A stretch of 64,000 nt of DNA from Eledone cirrhosa. Its lineage: Eukaryota. Of this stretch, positions 1-14,217 are shown piece by piece. Within the stretch, counting starts at the first letter, position 1. The number at the start of each line of letters is the position of its first letter. Position numbers and translations under genes: made by a program. Location: assembly GCA_964016885.1 (NCBI GenBank), contig OZ024741.1:26846001-26910000 (forward strand). Reading direction: 5' to 3'. The notes beneath the pieces were generated by a model, which did not search any database, was not told the DNA's origin, and saw only the letters and a program-made list of their open reading frames with translations.

Positions 1-313
1 CTCATGTCTCACTGCCATGTGACATTGTTGTTCGTATGCAGGCATCATTCTGCCTTTCATTTTTAGGGAGAAACCTTTAGCAGCCAATAGTGGTGTAAGT
101 TCTCTGACCTTTTTCCATCCCGTTCTGACTCTGGCTACTGTACTTTCAGAGCACCCTCCACCACTGCTGATTTTGTCACCCAGGTAACAGAAGGTGTCCA
201 CTATTTCTATAGAACCATCTGGGCAATGCAAGGAGCTAGTATCCTGTGGGCATTTGCTACTGCTTATTGCACCTGAGCACCAGCCACATATAAAATCTAT
301 GTTCTTAGTTAGT
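1..313 (-). mobile_element. RTE LINE internal fragment (post-PHD/thumb region), inverted relative to the adjoining fragment
   Basis: Reverse complement matches the KNIDFICG..IVD.F.YLGDKISSGGGCSESTVARVRTGWKK segment of the RTE copies at 3.2 kb, 10 kb and 45 kb; runs off window start. Confidence 0.85.
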
Positions 314-1000
314 TTGGAAAAAGTTTAGAGAGCTTATACCGCTGTTGGCCACAAAAGGTTTCACTCTAAACATGAAAGGCAGATTGTATGATGCCTGTAT
401 ACGAACAGCAATGCTACATGGCAGTGAGACATGGGCATTGTAGACTGGAAAGGAAAGAAGCATGCATGCTCCGTTGGATGTGTAATAGTAATATACGTAA
501 ACGGCAAAGCGTAAATGAGAAATTAGGAATAAGAGGGATCAGATGCTGTTTACTTGAGAAAAGACTACGTTGGTATGGCCATGTGATGCGCATGAAAGAC
601 GACAGCTGTATAGAAAAACCTGGGATGATCTGATAAATTCCGACCTCACACACTTACATCTCTTTAAGACAGTGTCTCTGGACCGAGATGTTTGGTGCTA
701 CGCAGTAATACAGAAGACCCATCTATCCTCCCACTCCGACCAACAGCACGAGATAATGAGATCGCGATCGTGTAGGTGTCATGACAAAAAACACACACAG
801 TCCACGCTGTAATGTGGCCGTGTAGGTAACACGGTAAAAAGTTCCAAGTTCCACACTGTAAATGTGGTTAGTGTTAGGAAGGGCATCCAGCCATAGAAAA
901 CCTGCCAGATAGTCCTATATGAGCGAGACACGGTCACCCGACCAGCCCTGCCTCAAGTGGGATAACTCCCGTATAACCCTAGCGTGGAAAATGGACGTTA
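314..1000 (+). mobile_element. RTE LINE 3' fragment with internal deletions and 3' UTR
   Basis: Encodes [23 protein letters not shown]; UTR motif GGTGTTAGGAAGGGCATCCAGC and terminal GGACGTTA. Confidence 0.85.
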
Positions 1001-1004
1001 CCGC

Positions 1005-1428
1005 CCCTTTCAATGTAAAGTTATGTTGGTGCCACAACATCCAGGCCGAAACAAATGAGATTGTGTAGGTGTCACGACAAAAAAAACACACAGTCCACGC
1101 TGTAATGTGGCCGTGTAGGCAACACGGTAAAAACCTGCCAGCCCCACACTGTAAATGTGGTTGGTGTTAGGAAGGGCATCCAGCTGTAGAAAACCCGCCA
1201 GACAGTCCACGCTGTAATGTGGCCATATAGGCAACACGGTAAAAACCTCCCAGCCCCACACTGTAAATGTGGTTGGTGTTAGGAAGGGCATCCAGCTGTA
1301 GAAAACCCGCCAGACAGTCCTATGCGAGCAAGACAATCACTCTTGCCTCAAGTGGGAAAACCCCCATCCAAACCCATGCAAGCGTGGAACACGGACGTTA
1401 AACGTTGATGATGATGATGATGATGATA
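1005..1428 (+). mobile_element. RTE 3' UTR-only copy with ~112 bp internal tandem duplication, (GAT)n tail
   Basis: CAGTCCACGCTGTAATGTGGCC...GAAAACCCGCCAGA present twice (1091 and 1203); ends GACGTTAAACGTT(GAT)n. Confidence 0.85.
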
Positions 1429-1710
1429 TATACATATATATATACATATATATACATATATATACATATATATACATATACATACATATACATACATACA
1501 TATACATATATATACATATATATACATATATATACATATACATACATATATATACATATACATACATATATATACATATATATACATATACATACATACA
1601 TATACATACATATACATACATATATATACATATATATACGCATATATATACATATACATACATATACATACATAGACATATATATATATACACATACATA
1701 CATATACATA

Positions 1711-1744
<34 letters not shown>

Positions 1745-1817
1745 CATATATATATACATATATATATATATACATATACATATATATACATATACATATA
1801 CATACATATACATATAT
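1426..1817. repeat. (TA)n/(TACA) microsatellite
   Basis: Direct inspection. Confidence 0.95.
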
Positions 1818-4248
1818 AATAACTTGGTGGTGGAACAGTAAGGTGGAGAGGTCAATCAAGGCCAAAAAGCAGGCTCGGAAAGCATGGCGGGATGGGGGAA
1901 GTAGAGAAGACTATCAAGTGGCCAGGAGGGAAGCTAGGAGACAAGTGTACTTCGCAAGAAAGGAAGCAGAGGAAAGAAAGTTCAAGCATGTTCTACAACG
2001 CGAGAACCAAAAACGAGAGGTGTTCACGATTGCTAGGCAATGTGCCAAGGAAAACAGTGATATTGTTGGGGAGAAGTGTGTCCTAAATGATGATGGTGTA
2101 CTTGCCATCACTGACGCTGATAAGAAGGTAGCTTGGAAGTGTCACTACGAAAGGCTACTAAATGAGGAGAATAATTGGGAGAAAGACAGTCTCCCCCACA
2201 TCGACCCAATAGAGGGACCAGCAGTGCAAGTTGAAGGTAGTATAATAAGTAAGGCGATCAAAGACATGAAGACGGGCAAGGCGGCCGGGCCTTCGGAAAT
2301 AGTTGCCGAAATGTTGAAAGCATCTGGAACGGTGGGACACACTATGGTCACCCGGATAGTAAACCAAGTCATACAAAATGGGGTCGTTCCGAAGGACTGG
2401 CGCAGCAGCATCATCATTAACTGCTACAAGGGTAAAGGTGATGCCCTAGATAGGGGAAACTATAGAGGCATTAAATTAATCGACCAGGTCATGAAGGTCA
2501 CGGAAAAAGTAATAGCGCAACTAATCAGAGAGTGAATTGATCTAAACGAAATGCAGTTCGGGTTTGTCTCAAGTAAAAGTACAACAGACGCTCTTTTCAT
2601 TGTACGATAACTACAGGAGAAGTACCTAACTAAAAGTAAACCCCTATACTTTAGCTTTTGTTGACTTGGAGAAAGCCTTTGACAGAGTATCCCGCTCGAT
2701 TATCTGGTGGGCCCTTAGAAAACTAGGTGTTGATGAATGGCTTGTGAGAGCTGTACAAGCCATGTATAAAGAAACAGTGAGCAAGGTTAGAATTAACAAC
2801 GAATATAGTGAAGAGTTTAGCGTAAAAGTTGGTGCTCATCAGGGCTCCGTCCTTAGCCTCCTACTATTTATTATTGCCCTTCAGGCTATAACAGAGGAGT
2901 TCATGACCGGCTGCCCATGGGAACTCCTATATGCAGATGATCTAACGCTCATAGCTGAATCAATGGCTGAACTAGAGAAGAAATTCCAAACATGGAAGCA
3001 TGGCCTAGAATCAAAAGGCCTTAAAGTTAACTTGTCTAAGACTAAAGTTCTAGTTTGTAGGAAGGAAAATAGGGCACCGGTCCCATCTGGGAAATGGCCA
3101 TGCTCAGTGTGTAGGAAAGGAGTAGGTAGAAACTCCATTTTATGTCCCAAATGTAAAGTATGGGTACATAAAAGATGTAGTGGGATCACAGCTAAGCTAA
3201 CTAAGAATATAGATTTTATATGTGGCCGGTGCTCTGGTGCAATAAGTAGCAGCAAGCACCCACAGAATACTAACTCATTCCATTGCACAGATGGTTCTAT
3301 AGAAATAGTAGACAGCTTCCGTTACCTGGGTGACAAAATCAGCAGTGGGGAAGGGTGCTCTGAAAGTACAGTAACTAGAGTCAGAACGGGATGGAAAAAG
3401 TTCAGAGAGGTTATACCACTATTGGCCGCTAAAGGGTTCTCTCTAAAAATGAAAGGCAGGCTGTATGATGCCTGCATACGAACAGCAATGCTGCATGGCA
3501 GTGAGACCTGGGCATTGTGTGCAGAGGATATACGCAGACTGGAGAGGAACGAAGCTTGCATGCTCCGCTGGATGTGTAATACATGAACGGCAAAGCATAA
3601 ACGAACTAAGGGAGAAATTAGGAACAAGAGGGATCAGATGATAATTACTCGAGAGAAGACTACATTGGTACGGTCACGTGATGCGCATGAAAGACGACAG
3701 CTGTATAAAAAAGTGCAGGGCGATAAAAATAGACAGTAGCCACAGAGTAGGCAGACGCAGAAAAACCTGGGACGACTTGATAAATTCCGACCTCACACAC
3801 TTACACCTCTCCAAGACAATGTCACTGGACCGAGATCTTTGGCGCTACACAATAATACAGAAGACCCGCCTTGCCTAAGTACAAAGCGAAACCTACAGTC
3901 AGTAGGCACCTTTAACAAAAATACACCCCGGCCCCACTACCCCCACCCCATCCACACCACCCCTTCCAATATAAAGTTATGTTGGTACCACCACATCCAG
4001 TCCGAAACAAATGGGGTCGTGTAGGTGGCACGAGAAAAAAACACACAGTCCACGCTGTAATGTGGCCGTGTAAGTAACACGGTAAAACCCTCCCAGTCCA
4101 CACTGTAAACGTGGTTGGTGTTAGGAAGGGCATACAGCCGTAGAAAACCTGCCAGACAGTCCTATACGAGCAAGACAACCAATCTTGCCTCAAGTGGGAA
4201 AATTCCCGTCCAAACCCATGCTAGCGTGGAAGATGGACGTTAAACGAT
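1816..4248 (+). mobile_element. 5'-truncated RTE LINE, decayed RT with PHD-finger insert
   Basis: ORF pieces [61 protein letters not shown]; stops at 2533 and 2608; 3' UTR ending GGACGTTAAACGAT. Confidence 0.92.
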
Positions 4249-4307
4249 ATACATATATATATATACATATATATATATACATATATATATATACACATAT
4301 ATATACA

Positions 4308-4375
<68 letters not shown>

Positions 4376-4516
4376 CATATATATATACATATATATACAT
4401 ATATATATACATATATATATATACATATATATATACATATACATATATATATATATATATGAAAGACGTAAAATAAGAAAATTTTAAAAATTAAAAATTA
4501 ACTTACTAAAATTTTC

Positions 4517-4598
4517 ACTCCAACTAATTAGTTTCTGTAATGGGATAAAGATAGTTACGCAATGTAACCATCGAGAATTCATTACGTCATCAGGGAGT
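4517..4598 (-). ncRNA. Type I hammerhead ribozyme (array A unit 1)
   Basis: Minus strand: ACTCC-CTGATGA-cGTAATG...CATTACa-GAAA-CTAATTAG-TT-GGAGT; stem I ACTCC/GGAGT, palindromic stem III. Confidence 0.88.
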
Positions 4599-5050
4599 CT
4601 ATTCTCAGCTAAGTCTCCAGGCAATGCGCAGACACTAGGGACTCATATAAAAATAATAATTCGGTGGATGGAACTGCTAGCGGGGACTGAATTCCATAGC
4701 ACTGAAAAAGTTCACTGTCTCTGGTCAATTGTTAGATTCTAAAGAATCAATCACGTGACACTGAGGCTAGTCAGAAGGAGTGGGATGGTATAATGACAAG
4801 AGCTTACTACTACTACAATGACTTAGTAGTGGATTTGGCAAGTTTGCTCAACAAATAAATAATTTGGAGATAAATATAGAGAATTAGTATATTTACCAAC
4901 ATATGCATACAGATGTACACTAATGCTAGCAAATACACAAGTTATGTCATAGTACCTAGGTGGTTCAATGCAGGAGGATGCAGAACAATTATATGAAATA
5001 CGTAAAATAAGAAAATTTTAAAAATTAAAAATTAACTTACTAAAATTTTC

Positions 5051-5132
5051 ACTCCAACTAATTAGTTTCTGTAATGGGATAAAGATAGTTACGCAATGTA
5101 ACCATCGAGAATTCATTACGTCATCAGGGAGT
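5051..5132 (-). ncRNA. Type I hammerhead ribozyme (array A unit 2)
   Basis: Same motif as unit 1. Confidence 0.88.
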
Positions 5133-5588
5133 CTATTCTCAGCTAAGTCTCCAGGCAATGCGCAGACACTAGGGACTCATATAAAAATAATAATTCGGTG
5201 GATGGAACAGCTAGCGGGGACTGAATTCCATAGCACTGAAAAAGTTCACTGTCTCTGGTCAATCGGTAGATTCTAAAGAATCAATCACGTGACACTGAGG
5301 CTAGTCAGAAGGAGTGGGATGGTATAATGACAAGAGCTTACTACTACTACAATGACTTAGTAGTGGATTTGGCAAGTTTGCTCAACAAATAAATAATTTG
5401 GAGATAAATATAGAGAATTAGTATATTTACCAACATATGCGTACAGATGTACACTAATGCTAGCAAATACACAAGTTATGTCATAGTACCTAGGTGGTTC
5501 AATGCAGGAGGATGCAGAACAATTATATGAAATACGTAAAATAAGAAAATTTTAAAAATTAAAAATTAACTTACTTACTAAAATTTTC

Positions 5589-5670
5589 ACTCCAACTAAT
5601 TAGTTTCTGTAATGGGATAAAGATAGTTACGCAATGTAACCATCGAGAATTCATTACGTCATCAGGGAGT
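5589..5670 (-). ncRNA. Type I hammerhead ribozyme (array A unit 3)
   Basis: Same motif as unit 1. Confidence 0.88.
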
Positions 5671-6125
5671 CTATTCTCAGCTAAGTCTCCAGGCAATGCG
5701 CAGACACTAGGGACTCTATAAAAATAATAATTCGGTGGATGGAACAGCTAGCGGGGACTGAATTCCATAGCACTGAAAAAGTTCACTGTCTCTGGTCAAT
5801 TGGTAGATTCTAAAGATTCAATCACGTGACACTGAAGCTAGTCAGAAGGAGTGGGATGGTATAATGACAAGAGCTTACTACTACTACAATGACTTAGTAG
5901 TGGATTTGGCAAGTTTGCTCAACAAATAAATAATTTGGAGATAAATATAGAGAATTAGTATATTTACCAACATATGCGTACAGATGTACACTAATGCTAG
6001 CAAATACACAAGTTATGTCATAGTACCTAGGTGGTTCAATGCAGGAGGATGCAGAACAATTATATGAAATACGTAAAATAAGAAAATTTTAAAAGTTAAA
6101 AATTAACTTACTTACTAAAATTTTC

Positions 6126-6207
6126 ACTCCAACTAATTAGTTTCTGTAATGGGATAAAGATAGTTACGCAATGTAACCATCGAGAATTCATTACGTCATC
6201 AGGGAGT
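6126..6207 (-). ncRNA. Type I hammerhead ribozyme (array A unit 4)
   Basis: Same motif as unit 1. Confidence 0.88.
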
Positions 6208-6630
6208 CTATTCTCAGCTAAGTCTCCAGGCAATGCGCAGACACTAGGGACTCTATAAAAATAATAATTCGGTGGATGGAACAGCTAGCGGGGACTGAAT
6301 TCCATAGCACTGAAAAAGTTCACTGTCTCTGGTCAATTGGTAGATTCTAAAGAATCAATCACGTGACACTGAGGCTAGTCAGAAGGAGTGGGATGGTATA
6401 ATGACAAGAGCTTACTACTACTACAATGACTTAGTAGTGGATTTGGCAAGTTTGCTCAACAAATAAATAATTTGGAGATAAATATAGAGAATTAGTATAT
6501 TTACCAACATATGCGTACAGATGTACACTAATGCTAGCAAATACACAAGTTATGTCATAGTACCTAGGTGGTTCAATGCAGGAGGATGCAGAACAATTAT
6601 ATGAAAGACGTAAAATAAGAAAATTTTAAA

Positions 6631-6949
<319 letters not shown>

Positions 6950-7479
6950 CATATATATATATACATATATATACATATATATATATACATATATATACAC
7001 CCCCCTCCCCCACCCCTCCGCCTGATCGCAGGTATAAAATACATCTTGCTGGTTCCCAAGGACAGAATTTATCTGTCTAAATTATCTTACGGACGACTTG
7101 TTGATTTGAGAATGTAAGCATTGTCTTCCATATTCCGCAGTCTTCCCAATGAGCAGTGTCTTTAAACTCCGAGCTATGCTAGTCTACAATTCAAATTCCC
7201 CGTTTGTTTCTCTCTGATTTTCAATTAATATTTACATGTTTTTAAATGATTTGTCTCATTCTGTTGGACCCTTCCTAAATCAAATCCTTCTCCTAAAGTT
7301 ACCCATTTCCCGCCCTCCCACCCCACACACCACCATTGTTATATGGTCCAATCATAACTCAGCAGCTTTAGTAAGTTCCCTAATAAATCAGTATAGCAAA
7401 GTTACCGTCCCGGTTACTACTCCTTAAGTTTAGACCTGTTTGATGGGTCGACTGCAGAGATTTGGAAAGTCTAAGCATT

Positions 7480-10400
7480 CAATGACGATGTCACAGATGT
7501 CACAGATAAAGATAAATTCACCTCCCGCTGCAGGACGAGAATACAAAGGCCCCTCTATATTTCAGACATGAATGACTAACATAATTCCGCCCCTCTAACC
7601 CATCCATCCCACCCTCCCAACTTCAGAGTTGGTACCATGAATGTAGGCACATTAAAAGGTCGCTCAAATGAGGTTGTAGAGATGCTTGAATGTAAAGAAG
7701 TTGATGTTTGTTGTATTCAAGAGACTAAGTGGAGAGGGGGGGGGGTCTGCCAGATTCATCGTGGGTAAAAAACGATGCTATAAACTTTTCTGGGTGGGAA
7801 ATGACAATGGACTGGGTGGAGTAGGAATTATGTTAGCTGAAAAATGGGTAGATAAGGTAATCGACGTAAATAGAGTAAATGACAGAATAATTAAAATAAG
7901 GCTAGTTCTAAATAAAACTACTGTGATAATAATATCCACTTATGCACCCCAATCTGGTCTACTTGACGTTATAAAGGACAGGTTCTATGAGACGCTAATG
8001 CACACTACCTCCCAAATAACCGACAGCGACTACCTAATTATTGCAGGCGATCTAAACGGCTACGTTGGACAACATAGTGATGGCTATGATGGAATCCATG
8101 GAGGCTATGGGGTTAGAAATAGAAATGAGGAAGACTTCAGAATCCTGGAATTCTGTGACGCCAATAACCTAACTATCTGTAACACAAACTTCAAAAAACA
8201 TGAAAACCACTTGATCACCTATAGATCAGGGGAACACGCCAGCCAGATAGATTATATCCTTACTAGAAGACGGGACAAAGTGTCTGTTGTAAACACTAAA
8301 TCCCTCCCCCGTGAAGAATGCACCTCCCAACATAGCCTAGTAGTTAGTGACCTCACAGTCAGGAATAGACGTACTCGATGACAGAGGAGGCCTACCTTGA
8401 GGAGAAGAATATGGAAGTTGAAGGACCCCATAGCCAGTGACAAATTTAAAAGCTTGATGCCTTTGACAATAAGGAAGAGCAATTTGAGACGTGCTATATA
8501 GAGAAACAGTGGCAATTCTTGAAAGTGAACCTGCTGAAAGCAACGGATGAAATCTGTGGCTGGAGCAGACCTATTGGCAGGAGGAGAATAACTTGGTGGT
8601 GGAACAGTAAGGTTGAAAAGACAATCAAGGCCAAAAAGCAGGCTTGGAAAGTATGGCAGGATGGGGGAAGTAGAGAGCACTATCAAGTGGCCAGGAGAAA
8701 AGCTAGGAGACAAGTGTACCTTGCAAAAAGGGAAGCAGAGGAAAGAAAGTTCAAGCATGTTCTACAACGTGAGGACCAAAAAGGCGAGATGTTCAGGATT
8801 GCTAGACAATGTGTCAAGGAAAACCGTGATATTGTCGGGGAGAAATGTGTCCGTAATGATAACGGTGTACTTGCCCTCACTGATACTGATAAGAAGATAG
8901 CCTGGAAGTGTCACTACGAGAGACTATTAAATGAGGAGAATAAGTGGGAAAAAGATAGTCTGCCCCAAATCGATCCAATAGAAGGACCAGCAGTGCAAGT
9001 TAAAGGTAGTATAATAAGTAAGGCAATCAAAGATATGAAGACAGGCAAGGCAGCTGGGCCTTCGGAGATAGTTGCTGAGATGTTGAAGGCATCTGGAATG
9101 GTGGGACATACTATGGTCACCCATATAGATAACCAAGTAATACAGAATGGGGTCATACCAAAAGACTGGCATAGCAGCAGCATCATTAACTGCTACAAGG
9201 GTAAAGGAGATGCTCTAGATAGAGGAAACTATAGAGGCATTAAGTTAGTTGACCAGGTCATGAAGGTCACAGAAAGAGTTATAGCGCAACTAATCAGAGA
9301 GCGAATTGATCTAGATGAAATGCAGTTTGGGTTTGTGTCAGGTAAAAGTACCACAGACGCTCTTTTCCTTGTATGACATCTACAAGAGAAGTACCTAGCT
9401 AAAAGTAAACCCCTCTACTTAGCTTTTGTAGACCTGGAAAAAGCCATTGACAGAGTCCTCCGCTCCATTATCTGGTGGGCTCATAGAAAATTAGGTGTAG
9501 ATGAATGGCTTTGTGAGAGCTATACCAGCTATGTATAATGAAACAGTCAGTAAGGTTAGAATTAACAATGAATATTGTAAAGAATTTAGTGTAAAAGTTG
9601 GTGTTCACCAAGGCTCTGTCCTTAGCCCCCTACTATTTATTATTGCCCTTCAGGCTATAACAGAGGAGTTCAAGACTGGCTGCCCATGGGAACTCCTATA
9701 CGCAGATGATCTAACGCTCATAGCTGAATCAATGGCCGAACTAGAGAAGAAATTCCAAATATGGAAGCATGGCCTAGAATCAAAAGGCCTTAAAGTTAAC
9801 TTGTCTAAGACTAAAGTCCTAGTTTGTAGAAAGGAAAATAAGGCACAGGTACCCTCAGGGAAATGGCCTTGCTCAGTGTGTCAGAAAGGAGTAGGCAGTA
9901 GTTCAATTTTATGTCCCAAATGCAAAGTATGGGTACACAAAAGATGTAGTGGGATCACTGGTAAGCTAACTAAGAATATCGATTTTATATGTGGCCGGTG
10001 CTCTGGTGCAATAAGTAGCAGCAAGTGCCCACAGAATACTAACTCATTCTATTGCACAGATGGTTCTATAGAAATAGTGGACAGCTTCCGTTACCTGGGT
10101 GACAAAATCAGCAGTGGGGGAGGATGCTCTGAAAGTACAGTAGCTAGAGTCAGAACGGGATGGAAAAAGTTCAGAGAGCTTATACCACTATTGGCCGCTA
10201 AAGGGTTCTCTCTAAAAATTAAAGGCAGGCTGTATGATGCCTGCATATGAATAGCAATGTTACATGGCAGTGAGACCTGGGCATTGTGTGCAGAGGATAT
10301 ACGCAGACTGGAGAGAAAGTGCAGGCCGATCAAAATTGATGGTAGTTACGGAGTAGGCAGACCCAGAAAAACCTGGGACGATCTGATAAATTCCGACCTT

Positions 10401-11013
10401 ACACACTTGCACCTCTCTAAGACAATGTCACTGGACAGAGATCTTCGGCATTACGCAGTGATACAGAAGACCCGCCTTGCCTATGTACAAAGCGAAACCT
10501 ACAGTCAGTAGGCACCTCTTAACCAAATATACACCCCAATCCACTACCCCTACTCCATCCTTCCACTCCTACCAACACCACCCTCTCTGTATAAAGTTGG
10601 TACCACAACATCCAGTCCAAATAAATGAGATAATTGTTTCTACTTTTTGGCACAAGGCCAGCAATTATCACAGTGTATTACTGGTACTTTATTTTACCGA
10701 CCCCGTAAGGATGAAAGGCAAAGTTAACCTCGGCGGGATGAGATAATGAGATCGAGATCGTGTAGGTGTCACAAGAAAAAACACACAGTCCACGCTGTAA
10801 TGTGGCCATGTAGGTAACACGGTAAAAAGTTCCCAGTTCCACACTGTAAATGTGGTTGGTGTTAGGAAGGGCATCCAGCCATAGAAAACCTGCCAGATAG
10901 TCCTATATGAGCGAGACATGGTCACCCGACCTACCTTGCCTCAAGTGGGACAACTCCCGTCTAACCCATGCTAGCGTGGAAAATGGACGTTAAACGAAGA
11001 GATGATGATGATG
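7480..11013 (+). mobile_element. Near full-length decayed RTE LINE (APE endonuclease + RT + PHD insert)
   Basis: EN motifs GTMNVGTL, TYAPQ, AGDLNG, SQIDYIL, SQHSLV; RT QGSVLSPLLF, YADD; several frameshifts/stops; (GAT)n tail. Confidence 0.92.
10634..10740 (-). mobile_element. SINE fragment (CORE-like) nested in RTE 3' UTR
   Basis: Absent from other RTE UTR copies; CTGGTACTTTATTTTACCGACCCCGTAAGGATGAAAGGCAAAGTTAACCTCGGCGG resembles a common octopus SINE core; flanked by duplicated ATGAGATA. Confidence 0.6.
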
Positions 11014-11027
11014 ATATATATATATAT

Positions 11028-11430
11028 ACCTTACCCAATTACACCTCTCAAAGGCGATGACACACGACCGTGACCTCTGGCATCATGCAGTAATACAGAG
11101 AACCCGACCTCCTATGGGTACAAGCTGAAGCATATAGACAATATGCCCCCACACCCTCCCACTGCAAACTGGTCGTGGAGGTGCCACGGCAAAAAAAGCA
11201 CCCAGCTCACACCGTAAAGTGGATGTGTAGGTGCCATGGAAAAAAGCACCCAGCACTCACTGTAAATAAGGTTGGTGTTAGGAAGGGCATCCAGCTGTAG
11301 AAATCAAGCCAAAATCAGTTCCTGTATGAGCAAGGCATGGTCAGCCGACAAGACACTGCCCTCAACAGGACAACCCGTCTAACCCATGCTAGCGTGGAAG
11401 AACGGACGTAAAACGATGATGATGATGATA
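11028..11430 (+). mobile_element. RTE subfamily B 3' end fragment
   Basis: Matches 47840-48250; ends GGACGTAAAAC(GAT)n. Confidence 0.85.
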
Positions 11431-11463
11431 TACATATATATATACATATATATATACATATAT

Positions 11464-11532
<69 letters not shown>

Positions 11533-11540
11533 TATATATA

Positions 11541-11875
11541 TAAATTTAGCGAGAATCATATTTCGGCGAGTAGAAATTAGCGAAACGCAACTTCCGAATT
11601 GTGTTGGCAAGCGCTCAATGGATATGAAGACACCAGAGCTATAAACATAAGTTAAAAAGGCCATACAAAACTGAGACGATGGTTAAGAAGCCATTAACCA
11701 CCTAAGCCAAAAAGCGAGCCAGCTAAACGGGTCAAACAAAATAAGATATGATTGAAATATTTACCCAGACCCTCGGGAATGATGGTAAAATCCGATATAG
11801 GGTTTCTGCGACACCTAAATCAATAATACTGTCTGCTTATAAAAAATAATAAGCTTTTGGTATAATGATCGAACA
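11541..11875 (-). mobile_element. Dispersed ~330 bp non-coding repeat (probable PLE-type 3' terminus), copy 1
   Basis: Colinear similarity with 25297-25622 and, in opposite orientation, 37921-38150; abuts (TA)n. Confidence 0.65.
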
Positions 11876-12037
11876 AGGATATCACTTTCTCAACAGGCAT
11901 TTTGTTCTGTATGCGCCAGGATCTCACAGTGTTCAAAAGCACATGTGAACTCCAAAGGGGAGAAAACACCTAGTTTTGGCAAATGAATTCAGTATGTGTA
12001 GTCATTGCAAAAATTTGCAAAAATAGCACAAAACGAA

Positions 12038-12071
<34 letters not shown>

Positions 12072-12384
12072 GTATTTGTTTAAAAGTATGTTGGTGTATA
12101 TATATATGTGTGTATACTGAGATCCACCCCCACACAGAGATTGTCTATGCTGGCTGTAGAAAGAAAGTAGTGTTAGGGGTATAACAATTCTGGCAACAAG
12201 ATACTTTATTCTATTGACTAAATAAAAGTGGAAGACAAAGGCTTAATGGATTAAAGGTTGTTGACTAGAGATGTGACTGTTGTTATTACTAATCAACACC
12301 ACCCCTATCCCTCACACCTGGCTACACCTCTTTCCCTACTCCCTCTCTTTCTCTATGTTTTCCCCTCTGTTGCTTTTTCTCTCG

Positions 12385-12557
12385 CTTTCTTTCTTTCTCT
12401 CTCTCTCAATCTCTCTCTCTTTCTATATATACACATACAGTTATATATCATAATCTATAATATATATATATAACTGTATCTCTCTCTCTAAATATATATA
12501 TAAATCTTTCTCTCTCTCTCTCTCTCTAAATATATACATATAGATATATAGATATAA

Positions 12558-12616
<59 letters not shown>

Positions 12617-12655
12617 AATAGATATATAGATAGATATGATATAAATCTCTCTAGT
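12385..12655. repeat. (CT)n/(TA)n microsatellite mosaic
   Basis: Direct inspection. Confidence 0.9.
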
Positions 12656-12694
12656 TTTTTTAATGAAATATTAGAATTACAGCCTGTTGTTAAT

Positions 12695-13080
12695 ATTGTT
12701 GTTGTAGTCATTGTTGTTGTTGATAATGGTGGTGGTGGTGGTATTTGTGGTTGTCATGATGATGGTGGTGATTGTGATGATGGTAGAGTTGAAGTGGTGG
12801 TGGTGGTGGTTGTAATAGTGATGGCGGTGGTGATGATGGTTGTAATAGTGATGGTGGTTGTGATGATGGTGATGGCGGTGGTGATTGTGATGATGGTGGT
12901 AATAGTGATGGTGGTGATTGTGATGATGATAGAGTTGATGATGGTGATGATGGTAGTGTTGATGGTGGTGGTGGTGATTGTGATGATGGTAGTGTTGATG
13001 GTGGTGGTGATTGTGATGATGGTGGTGATGATGGTAGTGTTGATGGTGGTGGTGGTAGTGTTGATGATGGTGGTGGTGGG
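12695..13080. repeat. Degenerate (GGT/GAT)n trinucleotide tract
   Basis: Direct inspection. Confidence 0.9.
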
Positions 13081-13399
13081 AAGTGTTAGTTGAAGCAGAG
13101 GCAATGGAGCTAAAATAGAAACCATAAATCACAAATTAAATGCAATTATGGCTGATGAAAAGTAGAAAAGAGGTATTAGGGCGAGGGGGGGGGGGACTTA
13201 CAGTGGTAGGGGTGGTAGTGGTAGACTTACAGTGATGGGGGTTGGATGATGTGAGTGGGGGCTGGACTTACAGTGATAGGGGTGGTGGTGGTTGTGGTGG
13301 GGGTGGGTAGTGTGAGTGGGTGGGAGATTTGGATATTTTGACAGTAGAGAACTACTGATTGGAAAAGGTAGTTCCAATGATATTAATGCTTGACTAACA

Positions 13400-14217
13400 G
13401 GTTGTTGTTGTTGTTGTGGTGGTAGTTGTAACAGTGGTAGTGGTAGTGGTGATGAGAGTGGTAGTTGTGGAAGTGGTGGTGGTGATGGTAGTGGTGGTAG
13501 TTGTGGCAGTGGTGGTGGGGTTGTAGTGGTGGTGGCAGTAGTGATGGCAGTGTTGCTGATGTTGTGGCAGTGGTGGTGGTAGTAGTTGTGACAGTGGTAG
13601 TGGTAGTGGTGATGAGGGTGGTAGTTGTGGTGGTGGTGGTGGTGGTTGTAGTTGTGGCAGCGATGGTGGTGTTGTGGTGGTAGTGGTAGTGGTGATATGG
13701 GTGGTAGTTGTGGCAGTGGTGGTGGTAGTGGTGATGAGGGTGGCAGTGGTGGTGGTAGTGGTAGTGATGAGGGTGGTGGTGATGAAGGTGGAAGTGGTGA
13801 TGGTATTGTGGCAGTGGTGGCGGTAGTAGTAGTGAAGATGAGGGTGGCAGTGGTGGTAGTGATGAGGGTGGTAGTTGTGGTGGTGCTGGTGGTGGTGGTA
13901 GTGTTAGTGGTGATGAGGGTGGAAGTGGTGGTGGTGAGGGTAGTGGTGGTGATGAGGGTGGTAGTTGTGGCAGTGGTTGTGGTGATGAGGGTGGCAGTGG
14001 TGGTAGGTGTGGCAGTGTTGCTGGTGTTGTGGCAGTGGTGGGGTGGGGTTGTGGTTGTGGTGATGGTGGCAGTAGTGATGGCAGTGTTGCTGATGTTGTG
14101 GCAGTGGTGGGGTGGGGTTGTGGTTGTGGTGGTGGTGGCAGTAGTGATGGCAGTGTTGCTGATGTTGTGGTGGTGGTGGTGGGGGTGTGGCAGTAGTGGT
14201 GGCAGTGTTGCTGGTGT
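13400..14217. repeat. Degenerate (GTG)n tract with higher-order 30-63 bp subrepeats
   Basis: Repeated GTGATGAGGGTGG and GGCAGTAGTGATGGCAGTGTTGCTGATGTTGTGG blocks. Confidence 0.9.
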
